Source: Alphaproteobacteria bacterium
GTDB taxonomy: Bacteria > Pseudomonadota > Alphaproteobacteria > UBA7887
DNA: 64,000 nucleotides
Direction: 5' to 3'
NCBI GenBank assembly: GCA_030739735.1
Contig: JASLYQ010000001.1
Span: 159,633-223,632 of the forward strand
A program made the position numbers and the translations under genes. Shown here in pieces: positions 44,577-54,450 of this stretch; position 1 is the stretch's first letter, and each line of letters opens with the position of its first letter. The notes beneath the pieces are model-generated. The model had not been told where the DNA came from and searched no databases. It worked only from the letters and a program-made list of their open reading frames with translations.

Positions 44577-44737
44577 CACCCTTACGACAACCGGCTAATG
44601 CATCGTGGCAAGCATTCCAGAAGACTTCCCGATTTCCGGTCTGAAAGCAGCCCGGATCGATGGTGCCCATATCGGCCTATCGGGCGAGACTATCACGGAC
44701 ACGGGCCACACTCACGAGGCAGGTTAGATTCTTACTT

Positions 44738-46381
44738 CTATTTCTGCATGACGAATAGTTGCCAGGGATTGGCTTCGCTATCGGGATCTATCATTATCTC
44801 GATCAGCGCGGGGGCGTTCCGTTCTATGGCGGCGGCAAGCACTGGGCGCAGGGCTTCCGGGTTGTCGACGCGCGCGCCGTGCACGCCAAAGCTCTCGGCG
44901 AGCGCCACAAAGTCCGGGTTCTCGAGCTCTGAGGCGATGATGCGGTCCTGGAAGCGAGTCCGCTGGTCACGGCGGATATTACCGTAGGCCGAGTTGTTGA
45001 AGACCAGCACCACGACGCCAAGGTCGTGCTGCGCCGCGGTCGCCAGCTCCTGCACGCCGAACATGAAGCCGCCATCCCCCGCCACCGAGATTACCACCCG
45101 GTCCGGGTTGGCCGCTTTAACGCCCAGCGAGGTCGGATAGCCGAAGCCGAGCGTGCCCTGGTAGCCGGCAGTGATATATTGCCGCGGCCCTGCCATGGGC
45201 AGGCCGTAATAGGACGCATAGCCGACTTGGCAGAGCTCCTCGACGAAAAAGCCGTCGGCCGGCATGATCTCGCGGATGACATCGAGATAGCCCATCTGTG
45301 GCTGCAATTCCTGCAGCCGCACCTGCGCACGGTCCTTGGCTGTAGCCGTCTCGGTCCGGCGCCCCGCGCCGGCCGGGCGAATACGCCCGGAAAGCGCCGC
45401 CGTGGCCTCGGCTGCATCGCCCAAAATGCCAACCTGCGGCACCAGGCGCGCGAGCTCTTCCTCGTCGATATCAATGCGAATGAGCGCCGGCGGCGGGCGC
45501 ACCTCGGTGATAGCATTCATGAAGCCGCGCCAGCGCATATAGGGCAGCTCGAGCCGCGTGCCGATGCCGAGCAGCACGTCGGTCTCGCGCCACAGCACCT
45601 GCGCCGCCAGCGCCGAGACCGCCAGCGCATGGTGCTCGTCGATGACACCACGTCCGGCGCGGAACGACCCTACTGGCGCGCCCAGCGCCTCGGCCAGCGC
45701 CAAGACCCCGGGCCCAGCATGGCGGGCGCCGCCACCGACCAGGATCAGCGGCGCGCGGGCACCGTTCAGCAGTGCCGCCGCCTCGTCGAGGGCAAGCGGA
45801 TCGGCGCGGGGCGGGCGGTCCGCGCCGGCGGGCGGCAGGAAACACACCTCGGCGCTCTCGCCCATGGTGTCCCAGCACATCTCCAGCGCCGCCGGGCCGG
45901 GCCGGCCCGAGAGCATGGCGCGGAAGGCGCCCTCTACCGCTGCCGGCACGTCCTCCGTGCGATCAATATGCGTCGCCCATTTGGTGATCGAGCGCAGAGT
46001 GGCAAGCTGGTCGGGGATCTCATGCAGGTGTCCGCGCCCCTTGCCGAGAAAGCCAGACGGCACCTGGCCCGTTAGGCAGAGCACCGGCTGGTTGGTGGCT
46101 AGCGCCGTGCACAATGCGGCGCCGGTATTCAGCACGCCGGGCCCCGGCACCACGGAATAGACGCTCGGCTTGCCGGTCGACTGCGCATGGCCAAAAGCCA
46201 TATAGGCAGCCGCCTGCTCGTGGCGCGTCACCACGGTACGAATTTTATCCCGGACGCCGTAAAGGGCGTCGAACAGGGGATAGGTCTGCACGCCGGGCAC
46301 GCCATAGACGGTGTCGATGCCGTGGGCAATCAAGGCTGCGACGATAGCCTCGCCGCCGCACACGGTCTCAGGTGCGCTCAT
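44738..46381 (-). CDS. Thiamine-diphosphate-dependent enzyme (acetolactate synthase-like)
   Basis: RHEQAA, GPG, GDGGF..NN ThDP motif. Confidence 0.92.
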   Translation of the reverse strand: MSAPETVCGGEAIVAALIAHGIDTVYGVPGVQTYPLFDALYGVRDKIRTVVTRHEQAAAYMAFGHAQSTGKPSVYSVVPGPGVLNTGAALCTALATNQPVLCLTGQVPSGFLGKGRGHLHEIPDQLATLRSITKWATHIDRTEDVPAAVEGAFRAMLSGRPGPAALEMCWDTMGESAEVCFLPPAGADRPPRADPLALDEAAALLNGARAPLILVGGGARHAGPGVLALAEALGAPVGSFRAGRGVIDEHHALAVSALAAQVLWRETDVLLGIGTRLELPYMRWRGFMNAITEVRPPPALIRIDIDEEELARLVPQVGILGDAAEATAALSGRIRPAGAGRRTETATAKDRAQVRLQELQPQMGYLDVIREIMPADGFFVEELCQVGYASYYGLPMAGPRQYITAGYQGTLGFGYPTSLGVKAANPDRVVISVAGDGGFMFGVQELATAAQHDLGVVVLVFNNSAYGNIRRDQRTRFQDRIIASELENPDFVALAESFGVHGARVDNPEALRPVLAAAIERNAPALIEIMIDPDSEANPWQLFVMQK

Positions 46382-47595
46382 AGCTGCTGTCGCAAGAAAT
46401 CGAGCACACTAATCACGGCATATTGCCGTACCCGGTCGCGATCGCCGGGCAGGCGCACGAGGCGACTTTCGGTGCCACGTTCGCGCGCCAGGCCGAGATA
46501 GACTGTGCCGGGCCTCTCTCCGCTGGGGTGATCGCGCTCGAAGATGCCGGTGGTCGCCAGCCCGATATCGGCGTCGAGCGTCTCGCGCACTGCCACCGCC
46601 ATGGCGCTTGCCGCCTCCGGCGTCGGTTGTGCCGCAGGTAGGCCAAGCGGCGGCTCGCCCTCGAGCGGGCTGACGACGGTTCCACGCAGCACATCGTCGG
46701 CGCCAGGCACCAGCGCCAGACGGGTACCGGCGATGCCGCCGGTAACCCCCTCGGCGACCGCCAGTGTCAGGCCCTTTTCGCGCATGGCCCCGATCACCAC
46801 CGATTCCATGGTCTCGTCATCGGTGCCAAAAATGATCGGCCCGAGCATGTCGCGCAACCGCGTTTCCTCTTCGGCGAGTACGGCTTCGGCAGCGGCCTCG
46901 TCGGCAGCCTTAGCCGTAATGCGCACCTTGATACCCTCGATGCCGCTAGCCTGAAACGCCAGCGTCGGCGAGCCGAGGCGGTCGAGCTCCGCGATACGCT
47001 CGGCTAGAATTTCAGCCAAGCCTGATTCTGTCTGGCCCCAGGTGCGCACGACGCGACTGCGGATCACCGCTGTGGTACCAGCTCGGCGCCGCAGGTCGGG
47101 CAGGATGGTGCCCTCCATCATCAAACGCATCTCGAAAGGCACGCCGGGCACGGCATAGATCACCTTGTCACCGACCGGGCAGATTAACCCCGGCGCGGTA
47201 CCGGGCATTTGCGGGATGGCGGACGCGCCTTCTGGCATGTCGGCTTGGCGTAAATTGTTAGCGGCCATGGGGCGACCGCGCGAGGCGAACAGATTGCGGA
47301 TGTGCTCGGCCATGGCCTCGTCGCGCAGCAGCGGCACGCTCATGATCTCGGCGATGGCCTCGCGTGTGATATCGTCCTGGGTCGGACCCAGCCCACCGCA
47401 GGTGATCACCGCATCGGCGCGCGACAACGCGAGGCGGATGGTCTCGACCATACGCACCTGGTTGTCGCCGACCTTAGTCTGGTAATAGGAGTCGATCCCC
47501 GCCAGGGCCATCTGGCCGCCGATCCAAGACGAATTCGTATCGACGACCTGGCCGAGCAGAAGCTCGGTGCCGACCGCCACCACCTCGCAGCGCAT
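46378..47595 (-). CDS. cinA: CinA family (MocF-like plus NMN deamidase PncC domain)
   Basis: VGTELLLG..VDTN, GGLGPT.DD.T, PGVP.EM, LAVAEG.TGG. Confidence 0.88.
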   Translation of the reverse strand: MRCEVVAVGTELLLGQVVDTNSSWIGGQMALAGIDSYYQTKVGDNQVRMVETIRLALSRADAVITCGGLGPTQDDITREAIAEIMSVPLLRDEAMAEHIRNLFASRGRPMAANNLRQADMPEGASAIPQMPGTAPGLICPVGDKVIYAVPGVPFEMRLMMEGTILPDLRRRAGTTAVIRSRVVRTWGQTESGLAEILAERIAELDRLGSPTLAFQASGIEGIKVRITAKAADEAAAEAVLAEEETRLRDMLGPIIFGTDDETMESVVIGAMREKGLTLAVAEGVTGGIAGTRLALVPGADDVLRGTVVSPLEGEPPLGLPAAQPTPEAASAMAVAVRETLDADIGLATTGIFERDHPSGERPGTVYLGLARERGTESRLVRLPGDRDRVRQYAVISVLDFLRQQL

Positions 47596-47946
47596 GTTTC
47601 CTCCGCATCCCGAAGCCACGCGCCGGCATCTTAGCGGCGCACAAGCAAGGAAGCGAGGCTCGCCGAATGCGGTGTTATTAATTAGTGACTGCCACCTATT
47701 TACCCACACCTATTCAGGTGATTTCAATATGTTATATAAAACCAAAAATTTTTCTTTCTGTATAACTACGCTAATTATATGAATTCACGGAAAAAATAGA
47801 ACATTAATTAGTAACTGTTACCTTTATCTTGCGGTATATAAAGAAAATTATGGAACGAACTCAATCTCTCTTTTTGCCTGAATATCAATTTCTTGTATCG
47901 GACACACGGTGCCGGACACCGCCTCGCGACCGAGCGCATTAGGGCC

Positions 47947-49713
47947 TCAGTTGAAGTGTAGCGCTGCCGGGGGTAGGTGGTCGGCGTCAAGGCAGCACCA
48001 ATCGGCGACTTCAATGCCAAGGTCGGCGAACAGTGGACGCAGAATGGCAACGCGGCGAAAGGGGGCATTGCCGAGGGCGTCGCTGTCACCGGCGCGGCTG
48101 CGCGCGGCAAGCCCCTCTATCGCGGCCTTGAGCGTGGCGAAGTCGTCGGCCATGGCGACAGTCGCGGCGCCCTCGCCAGTGATGTTCCAGGACAGACTGA
48201 CGGAAAGCCAGGCATCGCCCGCGGCGGAGCGCGCGCCAAGGCCACTCACAGTGTCGCGCAGGGCAAAGGTCGCCCGCCAGTTTTCGCCGTCGCGGCGCAA
48301 ATTTCTGTCCTCGACGGCCAGGCCGGCAGGCGCCGCGGAATCGGAGCGCAGCCGCGCAACGCTGCCACTGCCATCGCCGCGCAAACGCCCGCGCAGCACC
48401 AGGCTACCGTCAGCAAAAGGCTCGCAAGTGAAGCCGAACTCGTCGCCGTCGGCGCGCACCGCGCACGGTGTCACCACCTCGCGGACCACTGTGGCGCCGT
48501 CGCGCAGGCGCGCATCGAGGCGCTGGATATCCACCAGGGCCATGAAGTTACCCAGCCCGGCAATGGTCTGGCTCACCCAGAAGGGCTCGACAGACGGCAT
48601 GCCGGCAAAGGACGCCGGCACTCCCCAAACGCTCTCTGGCCGCCGCTCATAGAGCGGCTCGTAGGTATCGTCGAATTGCAGCAGAGCGGGCGTGACCAGC
48701 GCCCTGAGCTCAGCGAGATCCATCTCGCCGTCCACGCGGCCAGTGCCGTAGCCGGCTTCTGCAAATGGGTCGTAGTCCGCGAGATCTGCGCTAGCGAGGG
48801 CGGCCCCTGCAGGGAAGCGTGCCTGCCAGCCCGCCACGACAGAGGCGGCGAAACGGTCGCGCGCGCCGTCGCCCGCCTCGGCAAGCTGGTAACCGCTGGT
48901 TAGACGGTAACGCAGCGCCGCCACCAGACCGTCGCGCCGGCACCCCACCGCATCCTCCGAGGCCTCGCACGCCTGTTGCCAAGCCGCCTGATAGGCGACG
49001 AAATAATTGGCGCGATTTGTCGACTCGTCAAAGGATTCGGGAATGTCGAATGGCACCGTGGCATCGATACCGTAGAAACGCTCGCTGGTATGGCGCAGCA
49101 ACGCCGCCACCTTAATGTTCGTATTGCTCTCGGCCCAGGGGCGGTCGGCATAGATCAGCGCATGGTTATGGTGGCAGGCGAGGCAGAGCCCGCGGTCAAC
49201 ATAGCCCACCGTGGGGTTACCGCCTTCACGGTAATCGCTGATGACCTGATAATCGAAGCGCCCGGCGGCCTCATTGTAGCTGATCGCCTCGACCGAGTTG
49301 GTGCGCGGCTGATAGCCGAGATAGAGCCTGTCCTTCATCATCAGACCCGATTCCCCCGCGGTGGGCGCCGGCTCTGTATCGACGGCACCGACCGCCCGCG
49401 GGTAGCGGAAGAAGTCCGGCTCAGCCTCGTGGCGGTGCAGAGAGCGGCCGATCGGGTGCAGTACCCGCTTTATGGGCTCCCGGAATCCGGGTCCAAGCCG
49501 CGCGGCGATGCGCTCGATTAACGCCTCAAAGGGATAGGGTGCGACGATCTGCCAATCGCCATCGACCTCCTCGGCCAGTACGAAGTCGAGCAGCGAGCGC
49601 CCGACCGGCGGCAGGTCCGGTCCGCGATTAGCTTCCGAGGTTAGCGCTTCGGGCTCGGCCAGTACCGGCGCCACAAAGGTTAGTACCAAGAGTATTGGGA
49701 AAAGTTGTCGCAT
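47947..49713 (-). CDS. Secreted hypothetical protein with a single CxxCH (putative c-type heme)
   Basis: Signal peptide MRQLFPILLVLTFVAPVLA; CLACH motif; long ORF with GC-rich codons. Confidence 0.7.
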   Translation of the reverse strand: MRQLFPILLVLTFVAPVLAEPEALTSEANRGPDLPPVGRSLLDFVLAEEVDGDWQIVAPYPFEALIERIAARLGPGFREPIKRVLHPIGRSLHRHEAEPDFFRYPRAVGAVDTEPAPTAGESGLMMKDRLYLGYQPRTNSVEAISYNEAAGRFDYQVISDYREGGNPTVGYVDRGLCLACHHNHALIYADRPWAESNTNIKVAALLRHTSERFYGIDATVPFDIPESFDESTNRANYFVAYQAAWQQACEASEDAVGCRRDGLVAALRYRLTSGYQLAEAGDGARDRFAASVVAGWQARFPAGAALASADLADYDPFAEAGYGTGRVDGEMDLAELRALVTPALLQFDDTYEPLYERRPESVWGVPASFAGMPSVEPFWVSQTIAGLGNFMALVDIQRLDARLRDGATVVREVVTPCAVRADGDEFGFTCEPFADGSLVLRGRLRGDGSGSVARLRSDSAAPAGLAVEDRNLRRDGENWRATFALRDTVSGLGARSAAGDAWLSVSLSWNITGEGAATVAMADDFATLKAAIEGLAARSRAGDSDALGNAPFRRVAILRPLFADLGIEVADWCCLDADHLPPAALHFN

Positions 49714-50008
49714 CACCACGGCCGCACCATAGGTCGTATTTACCGATTATACACAGGCTTTCTGTGCCGACGTCGGCTCATGGCGAAAGCCGCGTACAAG
49801 TTTTCTGGGTGCGATACCCCACACCTGGCATTTACACCATCAACAGTTGAAGATATTTGGGTATTGAAGGTTTACCAAAATGACGCCAAATTAAGGCTAT
49901 GTGACCCAATTCGCAGAAGATTTTGTTGGAGAAATTAGTGGACTTTGTGGCGTACTGCTTCGTAGTAAGCTAATGCAAAATAGTGTTAAATCTTTTATTT
50001 AATTGAAT

Positions 50009-50095
50009 GCCCCTGTGGTGGAATTGGTAGACACGACAGACTCAAAATCTGTTGTCCGCAAGGACGTGTCGGTTCGAGTCCGACTGGGGGCACCA
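50009..50095 (+). tRNA. tRNA-Leu(CAA)
   Basis: GCCCCTG acceptor stem, D-loop TTGGTAG, anticodon arm ACAGA-CT-CAA-AA-TCTGT, long variable arm, GGTTCGAGTCC, encoded CCA. Confidence 0.96.
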
Positions 50096-50243
50096 CCGCT
50101 TAACTAGCTTTTTGCATCGGTATTAATGCTTTAGTGCGTAGTGGGCGCCGGTCTGTCGGCGCTAAGCCGCGTGGGTAAGTGCGACTGCTGCATCCGGATT
50201 CGTTTTTAGTCTCCGGAAATACTCGGTTTTCGAGACCCAACGC

Positions 50244-52691
50244 TCAACTTGTCACGCGCTCATGGGCCGGGTCATAAAACGGCCGAGCGCTCGCCTTAGC
50301 GGCGAATTGGCTACCGCCAATCTCTATCTCGTAGGAGGCCTCTTCGATCCAGGCTTTATCGGCGCCATCGGGCATGTCGAGATAGCCCATGCCCACGGAC
50401 CGACCCAGCGTGTAGCCGAAGGTGCCGGACGTCATCATGCCGGCCAGATCGCCATTACGAAAGATCGGCTCGTCATGCAGCAAGATCGGCTCGGGGTCGT
50501 CCATCAGAAAATGCGCGAGGCGCCGGCTCAGACCCTTCGCCTTTTGTTGCTCCAAGGCTGCGCGACCGATGAAGTCGGTAGTCTTCTTGAAAGAAACGGC
50601 GAAGCCGAGTCCCGCCTCGAGCGGCGTGTCGGCTGGCGTAATGTCGTGGCCCCAATGGCGATAGCCCTTTTCGCTGCGTAGCGAATCAAGAGCATGATAG
50701 CCGGCCAGGCGAAGGCCGAGATCCGCCCCATCGGCCATCAGCAGATCGAAAACCGGGCCGCTGAATTCCGTCGGCAGATAGAGCTCCCAACCCAGCTCGC
50801 CGACATAGGTGATGCGCATTGCGCGTGCCTTAGCATAGCCGATTTCGATCTCCTGGCTTGTACCAAACCGAAAAGCCTCGCTCGAAAAATCGGTATTTGA
50901 CAGACGCGACAGGAGCTGCCGTGAATTCGGGCCCATCACCGACAGCACGCCATAGGCCGAGGTCACGTCCTCGATGGTAACGAACGCCTCGTCATCGAGA
51001 TTGCGGCGGATCCAGTTGATGTCGCGCGCTTGCGAGGCAGCAGCCGTAACCACCAGGTACTTATTCTCGGCCAGACGCGTCACGGTCAAGTCGGCCTCGA
51101 TACCACCACCGGAATTGAGAAATTGCGTGTAGACCACTTTGCCGACCGCCACCGCCATATCGGCAGCGCAGATTCGTTGCAGTTGGACTTCGGCATCGCG
51201 CCCCTGAACCACGGCCTTGCCGAACGACGAGAGGTCGAACATACCGACGGCCTCGCGCACCGCCTTGTGCTCCTCGCCGACAGGATCGAACCAATTCTGC
51301 CTACCATAGGCGTATTCGTATGCAGTGCTAACACCGTTGGGTGCGTACCAGTTTGCGCGCTCCCAGCCAGCGACCTCCCCGAAGCTCGCATTATGTTTTG
51401 CCAAGCGACTGTGCAGTGGCGTCTCGCGCACAGGGCGCGCAGTCTCCATCTGCAGATGCGGCCAATGCATAGCGTAGAGGAGGCCAAGGCTTTCCCGCGT
51501 GCGGTCGTGCAAGTAGCGACAGTTGGCCTGAAAGCGCTGAAAGCGAACAATGTCGATCTCTGACAGATCCATGGTTGGTTGCCCCTCGACAATCCATTCC
51601 GCGAGGGCGCGCCCGACGCCAGCCCCACTGAGGATACCTTGGGAGTTGAATCCAGCGGCAACGAAGAAATTCTTCAACTCTGGCGCTTTGCCGAGAATGA
51701 AACGGTTGTCTGGCGTAAAACTTTCCGGGCCGTTCATAAAATGCCTGATACCTGCGTTCTCGAGTAGGGGTATCATCTCCATGGCGCGGCCCAGTGGCGG
51801 TCCGAACTGGTCCCAATCCTCCTGCAGTTCGCCGAACTCGAACTTGGCCGGAAGCGCGTCGAGCGACAACGGCTTAGCATTCGGCTCAAAGGCACCAACC
51901 AACAGCTTGCCGGCATCCTCTTTCACATACACGGTGCCGTCGGTATCACGCAGGACAGGCAAGTCAGAAGGTATCGCCGGATCGGTCTCGGTCGTCACAT
52001 ACATGTGCTCGGCGGCGTAAAGCGGCACGTTGACACCGGCCAGGCAACCGATATTGCGGGCCCAAACGCCGGCACAGTTAGCAACAACCTCACAGACTAT
52101 GTTCCCGTGGTCGGTTACGACCGCCGTGACCGCCCCGTCGACAATCTCGAAGCCTGTGACGCTAACCCCCTCGACAATTCGAATGCCACCTCGGCGCGCT
52201 CCCTTGGCGAGCGCCATGGTCGTATCGATGGCATTGGTCTGGCCGTCGCCCGGAATGAAACCGCCGCCGAGCACGCGGCCCTCGTCGAGCAGGGGGTAAA
52301 GCTCTTTGGCCTCGGCCGGGCCGACCATCCGCGTCTCGACGCCAAAGACCTTGCCCAGCGAGATCATGCGCGCAACCTCGGTTAGACGCTCTGGCGTGCG
52401 CGCGACCTGTAACGAGCCATTGGCCTTGAACCCCGTGGCCTGTCCCGTTTCCGCCTGCAACGCCCCATAAAGCAAGGGGCCGTAGCGGCAAAGCTCGGTC
52501 ATCGTATGGGTAGCGCGGAGCTGCGTGACCAGCCCCGCCGCGTGCCAGGTGGTGCCGCAGGTCAGTTTCCCACGCTCCAGCAACGTAACGTCGCTCCAGC
52601 CCAGCTTGGCGAGATGGTAGGCGATCGAGCAACCGGCGATGCCACCACCGATGATGACGACCCGGGACTGGCTGGGAAAGGCTTCGGCCAC
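50244..52691 (-). CDS. GcvT-family FAD oxidoreductase (dimethylglycine/sarcosine dehydrogenase-like)
   Basis: IIGGGIAG, GTTWHAAG, NGPESFTPD, GWER.NW, ELGWEL, SLR.EKGY. Confidence 0.92.
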   Translation of the reverse strand: MAEAFPSQSRVVIIGGGIAGCSIAYHLAKLGWSDVTLLERGKLTCGTTWHAAGLVTQLRATHTMTELCRYGPLLYGALQAETGQATGFKANGSLQVARTPERLTEVARMISLGKVFGVETRMVGPAEAKELYPLLDEGRVLGGGFIPGDGQTNAIDTTMALAKGARRGGIRIVEGVSVTGFEIVDGAVTAVVTDHGNIVCEVVANCAGVWARNIGCLAGVNVPLYAAEHMYVTTETDPAIPSDLPVLRDTDGTVYVKEDAGKLLVGAFEPNAKPLSLDALPAKFEFGELQEDWDQFGPPLGRAMEMIPLLENAGIRHFMNGPESFTPDNRFILGKAPELKNFFVAAGFNSQGILSGAGVGRALAEWIVEGQPTMDLSEIDIVRFQRFQANCRYLHDRTRESLGLLYAMHWPHLQMETARPVRETPLHSRLAKHNASFGEVAGWERANWYAPNGVSTAYEYAYGRQNWFDPVGEEHKAVREAVGMFDLSSFGKAVVQGRDAEVQLQRICAADMAVAVGKVVYTQFLNSGGGIEADLTVTRLAENKYLVVTAAASQARDINWIRRNLDDEAFVTIEDVTSAYGVLSVMGPNSRQLLSRLSNTDFSSEAFRFGTSQEIEIGYAKARAMRITYVGELGWELYLPTEFSGPVFDLLMADGADLGLRLAGYHALDSLRSEKGYRHWGHDITPADTPLEAGLGFAVSFKKTTDFIGRAALEQQKAKGLSRRLAHFLMDDPEPILLHDEPIFRNGDLAGMMTSGTFGYTLGRSVGMGYLDMPDGADKAWIEEASYEIEIGGSQFAAKASARPFYDPAHERVTS

Positions 52692-52780
52692 GACAACTTT
52701 CTCCTCAATAGGTCGACGGCGTGATCGCTCAGATCACGACGGTTTCGATCTCGCCGGGATTGCGATAGCGGTGCGGGAAA

Positions 52781-53893
52781 CTATGCGCCGTTGCGTGCTT
52801 CCTTCAGGGCTGCGGGTAGAGCTTCTTCAAGCAGGTCGAGGTCGCCGGGCAGGCCGGCGCTGATACGGATACACCGATTGAGAGGAGCGACGCCGGGCAT
52901 GCGAACGAATACATCGCGCCTGGCAAGTGCTTCGAGAACGCGTATCGCTAGGTTGCCGTCACCCGCGCAATCGACGGCCACGAAATTGGTCGCAGTCGGC
53001 AGGCTATCGAGCCCATTCGCGGCAGCGATGGAGGCAATGCGCTCGCACGCAGCAGAGACCTTGATAGTCACCTCGGCCAGATGAGCCGCATCGCCGAGCG
53101 ATGCCAGCGCCGCTACCTGGGCCATTCGGTTAACGCCAAAATGATTGCGCACCTTATCAAAAGCACCAACCAAACCAGCTTCGCCAAGCGCATAGCCGAC
53201 ACGCGCACCGGCCAGGCCGTGCGCCTTTGAAAAAGTGCGAAAGCGCAGCACCTTGCGGCAAGAGATATCGAGTGGCGGAACCGTGCCGGCCGGTGCGAAG
53301 TCCGAGTAGGCTTCGTCGAGCACCAGCACACAACCATCGGGTACAAGCGCGATCATGTCCTCGATCTTCGCCGCATCGGACCAACTGCCCATGGGATTAT
53401 CCGGGTTAGCGAGATAGATCAGGCGTGCCTTCTCGCGTACCGCCAGGTCGAGCAACGCCTCCGGATCCTCACGGTCCTCACGATAGTGAACCGTGGCTAG
53501 CCTGCCGCCAAAGCCAACAACATGAAAATTAAAGGTGGGATAGGCGCCGAGTGAGGTTGCCACGGTCACGCCAGGCTCGACGAACAGCCGCACCATATAG
53601 CCGAACAGCGCATCGATGCCCTCGCCCACGACGACATTCTCGGGCGCCACGCTGTGATGCGCGGCGAGCGCCACCTTCAGATCGTGGTTCTCGGGATCAC
53701 CATATTGCCACAGCGCGGTCGCTTCGGCCTGCATTGCCGCGACAGCCTTCGGCGAACAGCCGAAAACACTTTCATTAGCACCGATGCGGGCACAAAACGG
53801 CTTGCCACGCCTGCGCTCCAGCGCCTCTGGGCCGACAAAGGGCACGCTTTGCGGCAGGCTCCTGGCAAGCGGCGTGAAATCGTAATCTGTCAC
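52781..53893 (-). CDS. PLP-dependent aminotransferase class I/II (HisC-like)
   Basis: GANE, NPDNPMG, LDEAY, RTFSKAHGLAG.R.GY. Confidence 0.9.
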   Translation of the reverse strand: MTDYDFTPLARSLPQSVPFVGPEALERRRGKPFCARIGANESVFGCSPKAVAAMQAEATALWQYGDPENHDLKVALAAHHSVAPENVVVGEGIDALFGYMVRLFVEPGVTVATSLGAYPTFNFHVVGFGGRLATVHYREDREDPEALLDLAVREKARLIYLANPDNPMGSWSDAAKIEDMIALVPDGCVLVLDEAYSDFAPAGTVPPLDISCRKVLRFRTFSKAHGLAGARVGYALGEAGLVGAFDKVRNHFGVNRMAQVAALASLGDAAHLAEVTIKVSAACERIASIAAANGLDSLPTATNFVAVDCAGDGNLAIRVLEALARRDVFVRMPGVAPLNRCIRISAGLPGDLDLLEEALPAALKEARNGA

Positions 53894-53907
53894 GCCAGCC
53901 TCCGTTT

Positions 53908-54450
53908 TCAGTTAGGCTCTGGCCAGTATAGCAGGAAGCCGTCACGGTTCGGCATCTTCACACCAGGCAGGCTATCGGCATCCATGACCTGGCCGTCCTT
54001 GATGATGCCGTTCAAGCTCAACAGGTATGCCGTGACCGCATAGACATCGTCATTGCTGAGCGACATCGGCCGATCATAGGGCATGGCACGGCGCACGTAG
54101 TCAAAAATAGTGGTGGCATAGGGCCAGTAGCTGGCTATGGTTTTCACCGGCTTGTCGCCGGCTAGAGAATCGATGCCACCGGCAAGTGCATCAGCAAATT
54201 TCTCGCCGCCCCTGGCGCCCCCGCCATGGCAGCGCCTGCAGTGCTGATGGTAGACGTGAGCGCCGCGTTCGGCATCACCCCTACCGGGCGGCAAGGTGGC
54301 ACCGTCGGGCGCGATGCTGATATCCCATTTAGCGACCTCTTCCGCCGATACCGGCTCGCCCAGCTCTGGACCGGGCTCAGCGAGAACGGGACTGGCAACA
54401 AGCAGGACCACGGCCAAGGTCGAAAGCGTGCAACGATCAAATATAGACAT
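53908..54450 (-). CDS. soxD: Monoheme cytochrome c, SoxD/SorB-like
   Basis: Signal peptide, WDI.I.PDG..LPPG.G, CRRCH, SYWPYATT.FDY.RRAMP; start overlaps the soxC end. Confidence 0.82.
   Translation of the reverse strand: MSIFDRCTLSTLAVVLLVASPVLAEPGPELGEPVSAEEVAKWDISIAPDGATLPPGRGDAERGAHVYHQHCRRCHGGGARGGEKFADALAGGIDSLAGDKPVKTIASYWPYATTIFDYVRRAMPYDRPMSLSNDDVYAVTAYLLSLNGIIKDGQVMDADSLPGVKMPNRDGFLLYWPEPN

Noticed and set aside
50009-50243. tRNA-Leu as the attachment site of a genomic island
   Set aside because: I saw no integrase and no duplicated tRNA 3' end in the window, and the downstream genes look native in composition.
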